Positions 1 to 11,503 of a DNA stretch of 64,000 nucleotides are shown here, in pieces. Position 1 is the first letter of the stretch; each line of letters begins with the position of its first letter. The notes under the pieces were generated by a model. It saw only the letters and a program-made list of their open reading frames with translations. It had not been told where the DNA came from and ran no database searches. The stretch covers positions 8,928,001 to 8,992,000 of the forward strand of contig NC_135250.1 in NCBI RefSeq assembly GCF_964204865.1, given 5' to 3'. This stretch comes from Styela clava. Lineage: Eukaryota. The position numbers were made by a program, and so were the translations under genes.

Positions 1-1969
1 GAAAAGTCGATTTTTGAGATAGTGGATTTCGAAAACAATTCAGAAGAAAGTGAATTAGATATTACAGTTGATTTAATAAGTATCATATATTTGTTTTTTT
101 TTCGGACATTTGTTAGTGTCGTAGTCCTGTTTCTAGAAATATTATTGCCTTTGTTCAAATACATAACCACATAAACTAAAAAAAGATTAATTGTAAATTG
201 TAATATTTCTGTTCACTATGTTATGTACATATTGTACATTCATTTAATTTTCTTGACTTTTGCGGTAAATTTCTAAGTGAGAAATAACTGATTTATTTGT
301 GTTTTCGTGCTCACGATGTTAATTTGTGACTTCATTGCTTAAAAATAAATACGTTTGATACTTGATAGCTTCTATAAAATGGATGTAGCTTTTTATGCTG
401 TTCTTGTTGTAAACTGCTTGTGGTTATTACATAAAATTTATTCTCAAATGTGAATCAGCGTTGTTGGTGTCGCTGCTTTCGAGGTCACTCCCGACTCCTG
501 TCACACAATTAAAGTATTTTTTGTTGTTGGTTACATGTATGCCATATTTTTCGTAATCTACCTAATAAATTATGATTGACTGAGGAAGTCCGATTTTGGT
601 CAGGCAAAACATTACAGGAATACATTTGTGTTAGTGTGCTGTAGGGCTCTCGAATTGTATAGTTCTTATGTATGCGTTGTAAACTTATGGTTATTGAATT
701 TCCGGGAACCTCTTATATTCAATTTCGCACCAGGATTGTGGAACAAGCTGTAATGCGTTCATTATGTTCGTTTTCACACAAAACTGAAGAATTTATTTAG
801 TTACCAGATGTGCGCTACGAAACTCATTTTCTGGGCGTTTTCATGGTTTCGTCTCACGGCCCATATCCGTGGTAAGGATCTACAAGTGTTTAATAATTTA
901 CTTATACATTTTTCAACAACGTCTTAGCATAACTTAACTAATAATAACTAAACAGGGCTATGGAAAGCCTGCCCAACTCAGCGCAAGGTCGAGCAGAAAT
1001 AACTAATATATTCATCCGCTCGCTAACAGCTGGTTTAATTCAATTGTTACGTCATGCAGAAGTCATTGTTCAGTGCCGACAATGTAGAGAATATAGGACA
1101 GATCGTAGCACATATTTCTTGTAGTAAAAGCGTCTTTTCCGTAAAACGTGCAACTTTTGTAAGTGGGAACAAGGCAATATTTGTTACTAAATTTTTAAGG
1201 AACATTTTAAAATCATTTTCAGGTAGTTACCTGATGTGCGCTACGAAACTCACTTTCTAGGCGTTTTTCAGGGCCTCGGCTCGCGGCCTAAATCATACCT
1301 CCCGCGGTGTAGATATATTTTATCAACTTTCTCACTTGCCTTTGCATCTTATTTGATCAACGGAGAATAATTACTAGAGATATTTATTAAGGGTCCGTTA
1401 AATGAATGTTTCTGATAAATTTCTCCGAATGGATTCATTTCTCATGACAATATTTCTGTTTGGATCACTGACCATGACCTTTTGTAACATGGCAACTACC
1501 GATTACATAACAATGGTTCAACAATGCCCTTGGCAACCTTGGTATCCATGAGAACCAGAGACAACCAATCATGTACCTCTGTACTTTTGCAATTAGTCTT
1601 GTAGTCTGTTCTGTCGAGTCTTTACTCGTTCGGTCGAGGGGGTTTAAGTTTCAATCGTACGATGTTTTCGATAGATCTTTCTGCGTGGCTTGTTATGTAA
1701 CACTTTCCTGGTGAGAAATGATAATAATGTTGGGCTATATGTGCCGATGCAATATTACTTCATGGTAACGTTATATTTAATGACTCAATCTGACGGATCG
1801 AATACCGATGCAAAATCGAACACTTATTGTCTAATCCGATTTTAATTTTCCGAGTTCTGTCAAATCCAAGTTTTTATAGTAATCAGACTTAATCAATATG
1901 TTATATTTTATAGCCTTGGAATAATACAATCAATTACGTTACATCCCATTCTTGCTAGCCAATTTCAAT

Positions 1970-4900
1970 ATGGGGATAGCGTGCTGTAAATGCACAAATG
2001 GAGATAATGATGAAACGATTAATAAAAAGAAAAAAATGACGAAAACGCAAAGGCGGCGTTGGTTAAGGCGGAGAAAAACAGATGGAGAGATATTTCAATC
2101 GACTGAACCAACGAGGGAATCGCTAGATGCAGAGAAGCGGGAAACAGGTCGAATCGCTTTTAAAAAGCAGCAGCTTTCGTTGTGAGTAACAATATTAATT
2201 TAATTCGAATAAGTGAATACTTGTTTTTTTTTATAGTTAAACTCAGAATTAAAACGGTTGTTGATATTACAAACATATTTTTTGATGAAATAATTTTGTC
2301 GTTGATAACACCGCCTACTTTTATCAATCTTGTCCTGCTAGGAATCTTGAAGTGAAGTAGTACTTTTCAGTGATACATCCGAAATTAGGATATATTAGCT
2401 TATTGACATGGAGGTACTCCCGAAGTATATTAACCAAGATGGCGGACACCAGAACGTGGTATGTGTACCAGGTTGAGGTTAGGGTGGGGCCATAATTTTA
2501 TTCCAATTTTCCTTATTTTAGTTCTATTATGAGTTTGCGGTCTAGCCAAATGAATCCCGTAATATTTGTACCTGAAATTATGGCTCAACCCTAACCTGCT
2601 ACACATACTACGTTCCGGTATTCGCCATCTTGGTTCACATACTTCGGGAGTACCGACATGAAAATCACTCGAAACGCTTTTTCCCAATAACACTAATCGA
2701 TCAGAAAGTGGTATTTTTGCACGCGCAACATTTAATGATCTGTTATTCAATACATTACATCAAATATAAGTCAATGTGAAAATAATTGTATTTATTTATC
2801 TTCTCCCATTTTTCTCCTGTCCGCATGGCATTTCCATTATTCCCGCACACAGTCAAACCATATTAAGAATAACTTTACTCGAAAAAAAAATTAACGTCCG
2901 TGGACAAATAACTTTATGGATCAATTGACATACATTAAATGGAATGAACATTGGCAACGGTGGCTGCAAAAAGATGATGAATCTTGTAATAACAACAACA
3001 ATTTTATTGAAAAGAAAAAGTGTGAACATTTTTTCATCGTCAGGAACTGCGTTTCGTTCATAACGAACAAAACCTAACCACAATGTAATGATATCACACA
3101 TCATAAACAATTCATGACATTGAGAGATGGAAGCTGACTGCGAATAACATAATCATCTTCATGCGGATTTTTCATTGATTTTATTCTATTAGTATCAGTT
3201 CGATTTGAATATTTTTGTCTTTTATCATTTGTTCAGAAGACGCTGTTTCTGATTTGTCATTTAATTTGAGTTGGTTTATAGAACCAGGCTGAATTTGCTT
3301 TATAGAATAATTGAATTTTTTTATTTTCAGCGGGCTTGTAACATGGCATTTCTTCAGTGAATTTCATTCCTACTGTCAATTGCATACATTTAAAAATATT
3401 TCTAAAAAAAAAACAGTTTGCTAAAAAAAGGTAATATAATATTTCATCATCAACTAGTAGCCCAAGGCATTTTCAACTCATTCGCGTAACGTGGATGGCT
3501 TTAAATAATATGCATATTCACAAAAATGTAATTAGCAATGCATTTTTAGAAATGGAACTTTTGGGAGGAGAAATACCCTGAAGCCTTTGCGAATATACCT
3601 GGGGAATCGTTTACAAGAGTAAGTTTTTACCTGTTTCATTAATTTGCCGTTGCCACGATTCACTTTTCCACAAAACATTATTTTTACAGAACTCAGAGAG
3701 TTTGGGAGACAAAGCTGCTTTGGGCATCGGATTTGAGATCCAATTACACTGCGCTACTTCTACGAGGACTAGTTCTTTCTTCCAGGAGGGTAATGTGTCC
3801 ATTTACTCTTTCGAAATATTCAGAGTATTCACACGTTTAGACGGTTCATATTATATGTAATCTGCTGATACAAATTGAAACTCATCATGTTAAGCTAAGA
3901 TGCATGTCAAGGCATCAAATTGAGTATCTTTTCGTATAAATTAATCCTTATTCCGTATATCGACAGACACGTCATGTTACAAGAGTAAATGGGCTAATGT
4001 CATCAGTCAACGTTGTCAATACCACTAATAAAAAATGCATCGAATCATTTTCCACAAAAGTCTCGAAATTTCAATCAACAGTAAGTATATTGGTTTCTGA
4101 AAACAAAAATTTGTGTCACTATTAGTAGTATTCCATGTAGTTGTTAATATTTTATTATATTTTCAGAATTGTAATCCGATGCAACAATTTGATCCACTGA
4201 GGTAAGCGCTTTATATTTGAAATATTTTTTATCAATAGACATAAACTTTGAAATTCATACCTGAGCAATTTATACAATTAGCCATAAAAAATATTCTGTT
4301 TTATATATCTAGAAATGGGAATTTCACAGGAGTGATCTCCATGAGGAAGACACTCAGAAACTATTTGCAACAGTAAGTTCATGAATTATATTATTAACTT
4401 GGCATTGTTCCTGCAATTTATACTTTAAAACGAGATTAAATTTTCGCAGAACTCGAATGGCGTGGGAACAAAGTTCCTTGTTATGGGCTTCCAACGTCAA
4501 AGTAAACCCAGGTCGTTGTGTGGAGATTGTTCAAAGTATTGTTCGTTTTACTTTTGAGGTAACTTTCAACAGACGTATTTTTATATTCAAGAATATGTTT
4601 ATTTCAGCCTGCTTAGAAATGCGGAATAGGTCGCTATAAATATGTATATTGATTTTTTAACTGGTTCGTGTCCACAGCACACAACACAATGTGAAGAGTT
4701 TTTAGATCTTGGAGAGTAAAATTAACGCTTGCCTTTAAAAATATCGAATAGGTGTGTGAAGCATTTTTACCAAATGGTATCCATCTTCACCTGTTTTTAT
4801 TTAAACAGGCATCTCCGATGTCTCTTAAAGCAGGAAAACTGATTTCGGCCATTCCTATTGGCCATATGAGGTCGGCCAAATTGGCAAATGACGAATCAAA

Positions 4901-7548
4901 AGTAAGTTCGGTCACTAAAAATAAATATAGTATTGACTGACAGTAATTAAGATAAAACACTTCCAGATAGGGGAAATGCAAATTAACATAAAGTTCAGAC
5001 ATGGTTTCTTTATTTTTGTATTTGGTTAAGTGGTATAACGCGTATCCAAACCCCTTTTTTGTACCTTCATCTTAGTGAGTCCCCATGCTAAGCGTGCACG
5101 TATATAAACTACCGCTAAGACTAACTTTTTGAATGCCTATTTTTTAAAATATTCAGCCGAAAAAAGAAATTGTTTCATCTAGCAATTTGACAGATCTTAA
5201 AACATTGGGTTGCAAAAGAGATGAAACGTTAGTTCAGTCAAGGGTAGGTTGATTTTATTATTCGTAATTCGCAAATTTCTGTGTCAACTAAAAACTATAT
5301 ATTTTTTTGTTTTCTGTATTTTAAGAATTATCAGGAGAACAGATTCCATCAAACTATGTATGTATCTTTTTTCATTTGAATAAAATATATATGTTGAAAA
5401 TCCAATATATTATTCACGTTTCTGTTTTATTTCAGGGAAATTGCAAAACTTAAACAACAGAACGAGAGAACGAAAATAAAAATCAAACGACAGATTCAGG
5501 TGATATATCGACGATCATGGCTGACAAATATTTTACTCGAAAATAAAAACGATTAGAAAGTTCATATACAAATATTCAAAGTATAATTAATTAATTAAGC
5601 GCAAACAATAAACCAATTGTCCATATCAAAACAAAAACTGATCAAAATGTGATCGACTTTTAGGAACGACATGAAATGGCGCAGGACAGAAGCCATCGAT
5701 TCACTAATCCGAAGGTCAGTTATATTTATTCTAACACACATACTCTAATCATTCATCAATTTTGGCTGCTTTTTACTATGCTCTGCACTGCTTATTTACT
5801 ATGCTCTAATATTGTAATAGACACTCATGGATTTCATTTTTAGACACCGTGTTTTGTTAACTGCGAGGTTAATAAATCGGCGATTCATAGCAGTCCTACA
5901 AATGTGAGATCTGCTTCAAACGAAGTTAAACGTGAATCAAAAGTAAGTATATTCATCGGATGTATTGTGATAAAAAAAAATTACATTTTATTTCTTTAAT
6001 ATTCAACAATAATTAATGAGTAAAATTTGAGCGAAAAAGGGGATTTTTATGATAATTCCTATTTTTAATCCGTTTCATTTCTTATTTCAAGTGCTTTCCT
6101 GGAGAAAACGACGTCCGGCCACGTCTGTGAGTATAATATCTATTTTTTCATTTATTAATATGATTGAAATTTTGGGTAACGAATTTAAAGTACTTCTCTT
6201 TTTTAAGTGGATTTGTAAGATTCAAGGAAAAGAATAAAAAAAGGATGGAGACAATCAGGAGGCGGAGAGAGGTAAAATAATAACAGAAACATCAAAAAAA
6301 ATTATTTCAAAATTTGAAAAAAATTATTCGAAAAGTTTTTACAAGCTGATATAGAAAATTGCATGTTTTCACTGGAGTGGGAGCAGGATTTGCATTTTCT
6401 AAATTCCCCAGAGTCGAAGTTTTTGTTACAAAAATTCGATTATTCCGGATTTCATAGCTGGAGTGGGAGTCGGTCCTGAAATATGGTCCGAGTCCGGATG
6501 CGTCAGGCGGAGTCGATTTGAATTCTCTCCGGCTCTAAATCCCTGTAAAAGTAAAAAATGATTTCCATCCTTTTAGGAACTCGAAGAAAGAGTTCGGCAG
6601 ATGGATGAAGACCTCAGAATATCCAAAATGAAGGTCTGGTATTTATTTATTTATACTAGATTTTTTTACTTTTTCTCCATTTCAACTTTAAACTTTGGAT
6701 CAATATTTCTATCTTAAGTTTGTATGAAAAATGTCTTATTCTATTTTTGAGTTTAGTGTTTTGATAACTTTTTTGACCAAACTTCATTATGGTTTTATTA
6801 TTGCCATCTAAGCACCTTTTCGAACAGATTTGAAGAATATTATTTGGTAAAGCAATCACTCGCACATTTCATGTTTGACACAGTTAGAATCACGAATATT
6901 CTAAAATCTATTCCGCTTATTTTTTTTTTTAGCTTGAACGATCTAATTCAGGGAATACTGTAAAACATCATCAAACCGAAGTTGGTAAGTATCATAGTCC
7001 ATTTCGCTATGTTAAAATATCAACTCAATTTTATCTGAATATGACGACATTTGTGTTATTTAGATTTATTAGTTTGCCGCAAAATAGAAAGTGTATTTGT
7101 GAGATTTGGTTGGGTCATAGCCCAAGTTCGTGAGACAAAATAAGATATAACTGCTAAGATTAAGATGATAATAATTGCTGAGTCAAGTAATTAGAATGTA
7201 ATAAAAATATGAAGATGGAAGGATTTAGTCTGTCTAATTTTGGTTATGCGCATACGAAGTAGACAAGGAGAAAGGATCTGCAGTTTAACATAATATCCTA
7301 GTACCCAACGTAGTTCAAACTGATGGTTACAAATTAGTATCGTGGAAATTCCATTACGATTTCGATTGGTGCTAATTCTAGCATATTAAAACATATTTAA
7401 AAAGATAAAATTATCATTCGAATCGCATGGGATACAATATTTTATAAAATACTACAAAAATTCAAAAGATCAATATCCCTATCTCATATTTACAGGTGAC
7501 AGCAGAAACAGGGAATGCCGAAACTCCCAGCAATGTTTTCCGCCATAA
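1970..7548 (+). CDS. 18-exon orphan gene, copy 1 (~461 aa; putatively N-acylated, internal repeat plus coiled-coil-like protein)
   Basis: Exons 1970-2181, 3550-3618, 3690-3789, 3967-4080, 4167-4201, 4313-4372, 4450-4558, 4809-4901, 5157-5243, 5326-5357, 5436-5499, 5664-5714, 5844-5942, 6092-6126, 6208-6271, 6577-6633, 6933-6984, 7496-7548. All introns are GT..AG, all phases are compatible, total 1386 nt with no internal stop. Protein MGIACCKC...NGTFGRRNTLKPLRIYLGNRLQETQRVWETKLLWASDL...MEIAKLKQQNERTKIKIKRQIQ...ELEERVRQMDEDLRISKMK...RNSQQCFPP*. Confidence 0.8.
2407..2660. mobile_element. Foldback MITE with long imperfect inverted repeats in intron 1 (copy 1)
   Basis: Left end CATGGAGGTACTCCCGAAGTAT..AACCAAGATGGCG matches the reverse complement of the right end CGCCATCTTGGTT..ATACTTCGGGAGTACCGACATG. 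Inverted similarity extends ~90 bp. No clear TSD. Confidence 0.8.
6370..6545. mobile_element. Remnant of a GGAGT(C/G)-repeat short DNA element in intron 15 (present in all units)
   Basis: GC-rich island with repeated CTGGAGTGGGAG/GGAGTCG motifs ending CTCCGGCTCTAAATCCCTG (hAT-like CCCTG end). Length is polymorphic between units. Confidence 0.4.
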
Positions 7549-7769
7549 CCACTGGGTCACCAATCCACATACATTTGCATATTTGTGTGTCTTGATTTTT
7601 TTATATGCACTTATTTCTCTGTAATTTAGCATAAATATATATATAAACATAATTATCGGATTTGATATCCTTTATTTGGGTGAATTTTTGTAAATGTAAT
7701 AGTTGAATCAGTGTTTTCAGCTGGGTTGCTCGACCTAAAAGGGAAATTGACTTTTGAACTATCGGAAAG

Positions 7770-8235
7770 AACTTGACTACTTTCCTCCTTGACTTCTTCT
7801 CTTTTTTCGCCAAAATGATTTTTTCTGTCTTATTCCACATATTCACACCTTAATTTTTTTGGGGGGCCTCGCCGATTGACCTTATTTATTATATTTTTTA
7901 CTTTAACTTCTCAATGCTTAATTTTTTCATTCCTTTTTTATTCGTAGTGCACACGCATAAACTTTATTTTATCTCACAACTTTCCTTGTCTGTTTTTCTA
8001 GATTACTTTCCTCTTTGGCCAGAATAATTTTTTTTTTCATCTATACTTATTTCAACATTTCCAATCTTAATTTTCTTTGGGGCCTCATTAAACTTTTTTC
8101 TCTACAACTTTGCTTGTCTGTTTTCCTAGACTACTTTCCTCCGTGACTTCTTTTCTCTTTGGCAAGAATGATTTTCTTTTATCTGTACTTATTTCACAAC
8201 ATTTCCAATATTAATTTTCTCTGGGGCCTCGCTTT
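7770..8235 (+). repeat. Degenerate pyrimidine-rich tandem repeat (3 units) downstream of the orphan gene; present in units 1-4
   Basis: GA(C/T)TACTTTCCTC...GGGGCCTC recurs at ~7774, ~8000 and ~8129. Confidence 0.65.
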
Positions 8236-9154
8236 ATTATTTTTTCCGATGAGATCTGCAACTTATTCGAGTATGTCACAGAAAACTGAAAGTTTCAAAG
8301 TGAAATCTATGAACGCAGTTGCTGTCACGGACATAGAATGTGAAACAGTATCAACAATCCATACAAACATTCCAAACGAGAAACATAAACTGTCAAATCA
8401 GTCTAAACGTATGAGCTGCCATTCGAAATATGAACATTTATGCAGAAAAGAACATGATACGGAGGAATACAACTCACTTGAATCAATTAAAGTGAATACA
8501 AAACATTTGATAACTTTGGGATTTCGTTGGAGCAGGTACCACACAACTTTGTCTGCTAACTGTCATTCTGCTTCCTTCCATTAAATATTATGATATCCTA
8601 TAAAAAGATTGAAAAAAAAGCTGATCTCTCAACTCTAGCGGATCACGCGACACAATCATAAGAGTCCGAGACCCTTACATTGTATATATACTATGGACGT
8701 TGTGTAAAAACGCGTTGCGTTATTGTAAACTCAAAATTTTCGGAAACTTGATATATCTTCTGTTTCTAGTTTATTCAATAAATTTAACACGGCCTTCGGA
8801 ATGTGTTCATTAAAACATTTTCAAATATTTTATCTGGTCTTCTCAAAATAGTGTAGCAAAAATTCTATTCTACAGACATTTAGAAATATTTGAATGTATA
8901 TTTTGAAATTATTGTGGTGGTTATTGCTCTACTAGAGGTGCGGTTGACGTGTTGTGGAGTAGCGATTCTTGAAATGGGTGAAGCAGATATGAAAAAGCGA
9001 AAAAAACTCGGATGGGGAGATTCATTCAAGCACATTTCAAAAGATTAAAAATATGGAAACTTGTTTTGGGTATGTGCCAGTTGTAAAACGCCCTCAGAAA
9101 TAGAAGCTCAAAGTTAGGCTGTAAGTGTGAAGTCAATTAAGCTATAGTATAGGG

Positions 9155-10157
9155 CCGGCCTGCCCAACCCTTTTAGTGTCGCGGGCCACTTTCACATAAA
9201 GAATTCATTGCGGGCCACAATCGTTTTTACCAAACTTAAATACCAGCCAAGTTCTGTTTTACGTCGTTTTGTAAAATTCGAATGACCAATACAAGTACCT
9301 AACAAAGCAACGTTTTTAGGATTTCCGAACGAATATATTGAATATGTAGGAATGACATCAAGTCAATATTATCACAATTTTAAACGGATTCGCAGTAACT
9401 AAATTTCAGAATTTTTATTTAACGCAAAATTAGCATGACCACAATAGAAAAATACAAACAGAAGAAAAAAAAACGAATGCCGGACCCAGTAGCAAATATA
9501 TTGTTCACTTTTTTTACGGCGGCGATAAGGAATATCAAAATCGACACGAATAATATGTAATAAGAATGAAATTAATTTCGACAATAGCTTTCGAGTTTGT
9601 CAAACAAAACGCGCAGTTCCGCAAGATATGAAAAACCTAAACATCAAAGTCCACCAGATCGCAAGACGTGATATCTGCGTGATATGGAGAACCGACATTT
9701 GGATAAAGATGGCCGGAATGAACACAGCAAAATCACGAAACATACCTTACTAGCCTATAGAAAATATCTGTATCTGAAATCCCAATTGTCATTCACGGCT
9801 CGTTGGAAAGTGGCGGTTGAATACATTCAATACAACACACTGAAATAGGCAAATCGTTCGTATCACTAATTGAAAGCAATGTCTCGAAAATTGTGATTTC
9901 AAAGCTGACTATGATAAAAAGGAAGTCAAGATATCTCTCCCCGACAATCACGTCCGCAAAGAGACTTGAAAAGTGGCATTTCTCGACCGTTTAAACAAGG
10001 AATAATGTTTTTATGGCATGTGTCAATATTTTCTTAGGTTTGTGGGAGACATCGAGATAAGTTTAGCATACCAAATTCTGGAAAATGCCGCGCGGGCCAC
10101 TCGGAACCCTTCAGTGGGCCAGATGTGGCCCCGCGGGCCATGTGTTGGACGACCCTT
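9155..10157. mobile_element. Non-autonomous hAT (Charlie-like) element, ~1.0 kb, unit 1
   Basis: Ends CCGGCCTGCCCAAC / GTTGGACGACCCTT, clustered subterminal GCGGGCCA motifs at both ends, 8-bp TSD GTATAGGG/GTATAGCG (7/8, central TA). Confidence 0.78.
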
Positions 10158-11503
10158 GTATAGCGTCTCCGCCACGGGCTTAGTCGAAAAAACGAGTTTT
10201 AGAGTCTATTTCGCAACTCAAGACCAAGGGGTTCATACTCGGGCTGTCAGTACAATGTAAATTCATACTACTTGCTGGCGTTTGCAAATTTATGTGCGTA
10301 TAGAAATTTTATATAGAATGACAGGGAGTTTTATATCCTCGAATATCTTTCTCGATTAAAGCATTGTTATTTGCAAAATGTAATGATGTGAAAAAAATAT
10401 TTCCAATCATAAGGCAGTTAAACATGGAGATTCCCGAGATATTTATTGAGATTTCCAGTTTGTTTCGAGTGTTTAAAATCATTACTAAATAATCATACCT
10501 CCCGCGGTGTAGATATATTTTATCAACTTTCTCACTTGCCTTTGCATCTTATTTGATCAACGGAGAATTTTGAAATATCCGAAGCAGCTCACTCGAATTC
10601 ACTGTGATGATTTTGGGAATATTTGTAAGTAATCGTGGCAACGCAACTCGTGTACGACCGATTTCTTGGAGAACTTTTTTATTCATTGGCGCAACTTAAT
10701 TGGATGATTCAGGAAGAGCTGTAACCTTGATTTGACCTTCGAATACTTATAATACACAAATAGTGGCATAAAATTCTCTACTCCGAATTATTTACTGACA
10801 ACGTTTTAAAAAACATCAGTAAATAAATAAATAATAAATAAATAACACCCGCATGTTAAAACAACGTTGTATCTATGCATTCTAAGATGTAACTGTTTGA
10901 ATTACTAGAGATATTTATTAGGGGTCCGTTTAATGAATGTTTCGAATAAATCTTTCCGAATGAATTCATTTACTCATGACAATATTTCTGTTTGGATCAC
11001 TGACCATGACCTTTTGTAACATGGCAACTACCGATTACATAACAATGGTTCAACAATGCCCTTGGCAACCTTGGTATCCATGAGAACCAGAGACAACCAA
11101 TCATGTACCTCTGTACTTTTGCAATTAGTCTTGTAGTCTGTTCTGCCGAGTCTTTACTCGTTCGGTCGAGGGGGTTTAAGTTTCAATCGTACGATGTTTT
11201 CGATAGATGTTTCTGCGTGGCTTGTTATGCTAACCATTTCCTGGTGAGAAATGATAATAATGTTGGGCTATATGTGCCAATGCAATATTACTTCATGGTA
11301 ACGTTATATTCAATGACTCAATCTGACGGATCGAATACCGGTGCAAAATCGAACACCTATTTTCTAATCCGATTTTAATTTTCCGAATTCTGTCCAAATC
11401 CAAGTTTTTATAGTAATCAGACTTAATGAATATGTTATATTTTATAGCCTTGGAATAATACAATCAATTACGTTACATCCCATTCTTGCTAGCCAATTTC
11501 AAT

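Noticed and set aside
1-174. Stop-free frames on both strands at the window start
   Set aside because: Low-complexity AT-rich sequence with no recognisable motif. It cannot be judged without the upstream window.
2465-2600. TTAGGG/CCCTAA telomere-like motifs
   Set aside because: Only one or two units, and they are part of the MITE inverted arms.
2430-2750. 106-137 aa minus-strand ORF recurring in units 1, 2 and 4
   Set aside because: It lies across the foldback MITE, has no ATG start, and recurs only because of the array.
3550-3789. Alternative reading of exons 2-3 (KWNFWEEKYPEAF.../NSESLGDK...)
   Set aside because: Incompatible with the phase-2 donor of exon 1, and the equivalent frame hits TGA in the paralogous exon 7.
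7534-7548. C-terminal CFPP as a CaaX prenylation signal
   Set aside because: Pro at the last two positions does not fit the canonical CaaX consensus.
8631-8646. AACTCTAGCGGATCAC resembles the 5' end of 5.8S rRNA, and a ~9.5-kb tandem unit suggests rDNA
   Set aside because: The similarity is ~16 nt with gaps and stops immediately. No 18S or 28S sequence is present and the unit is AT-rich and intron-containing.
10018-10260. 80-aa ORF conserved in four units
   Set aside because: It straddles the right end of the hAT element and flanking DNA. Its conservation reflects recent duplication only.
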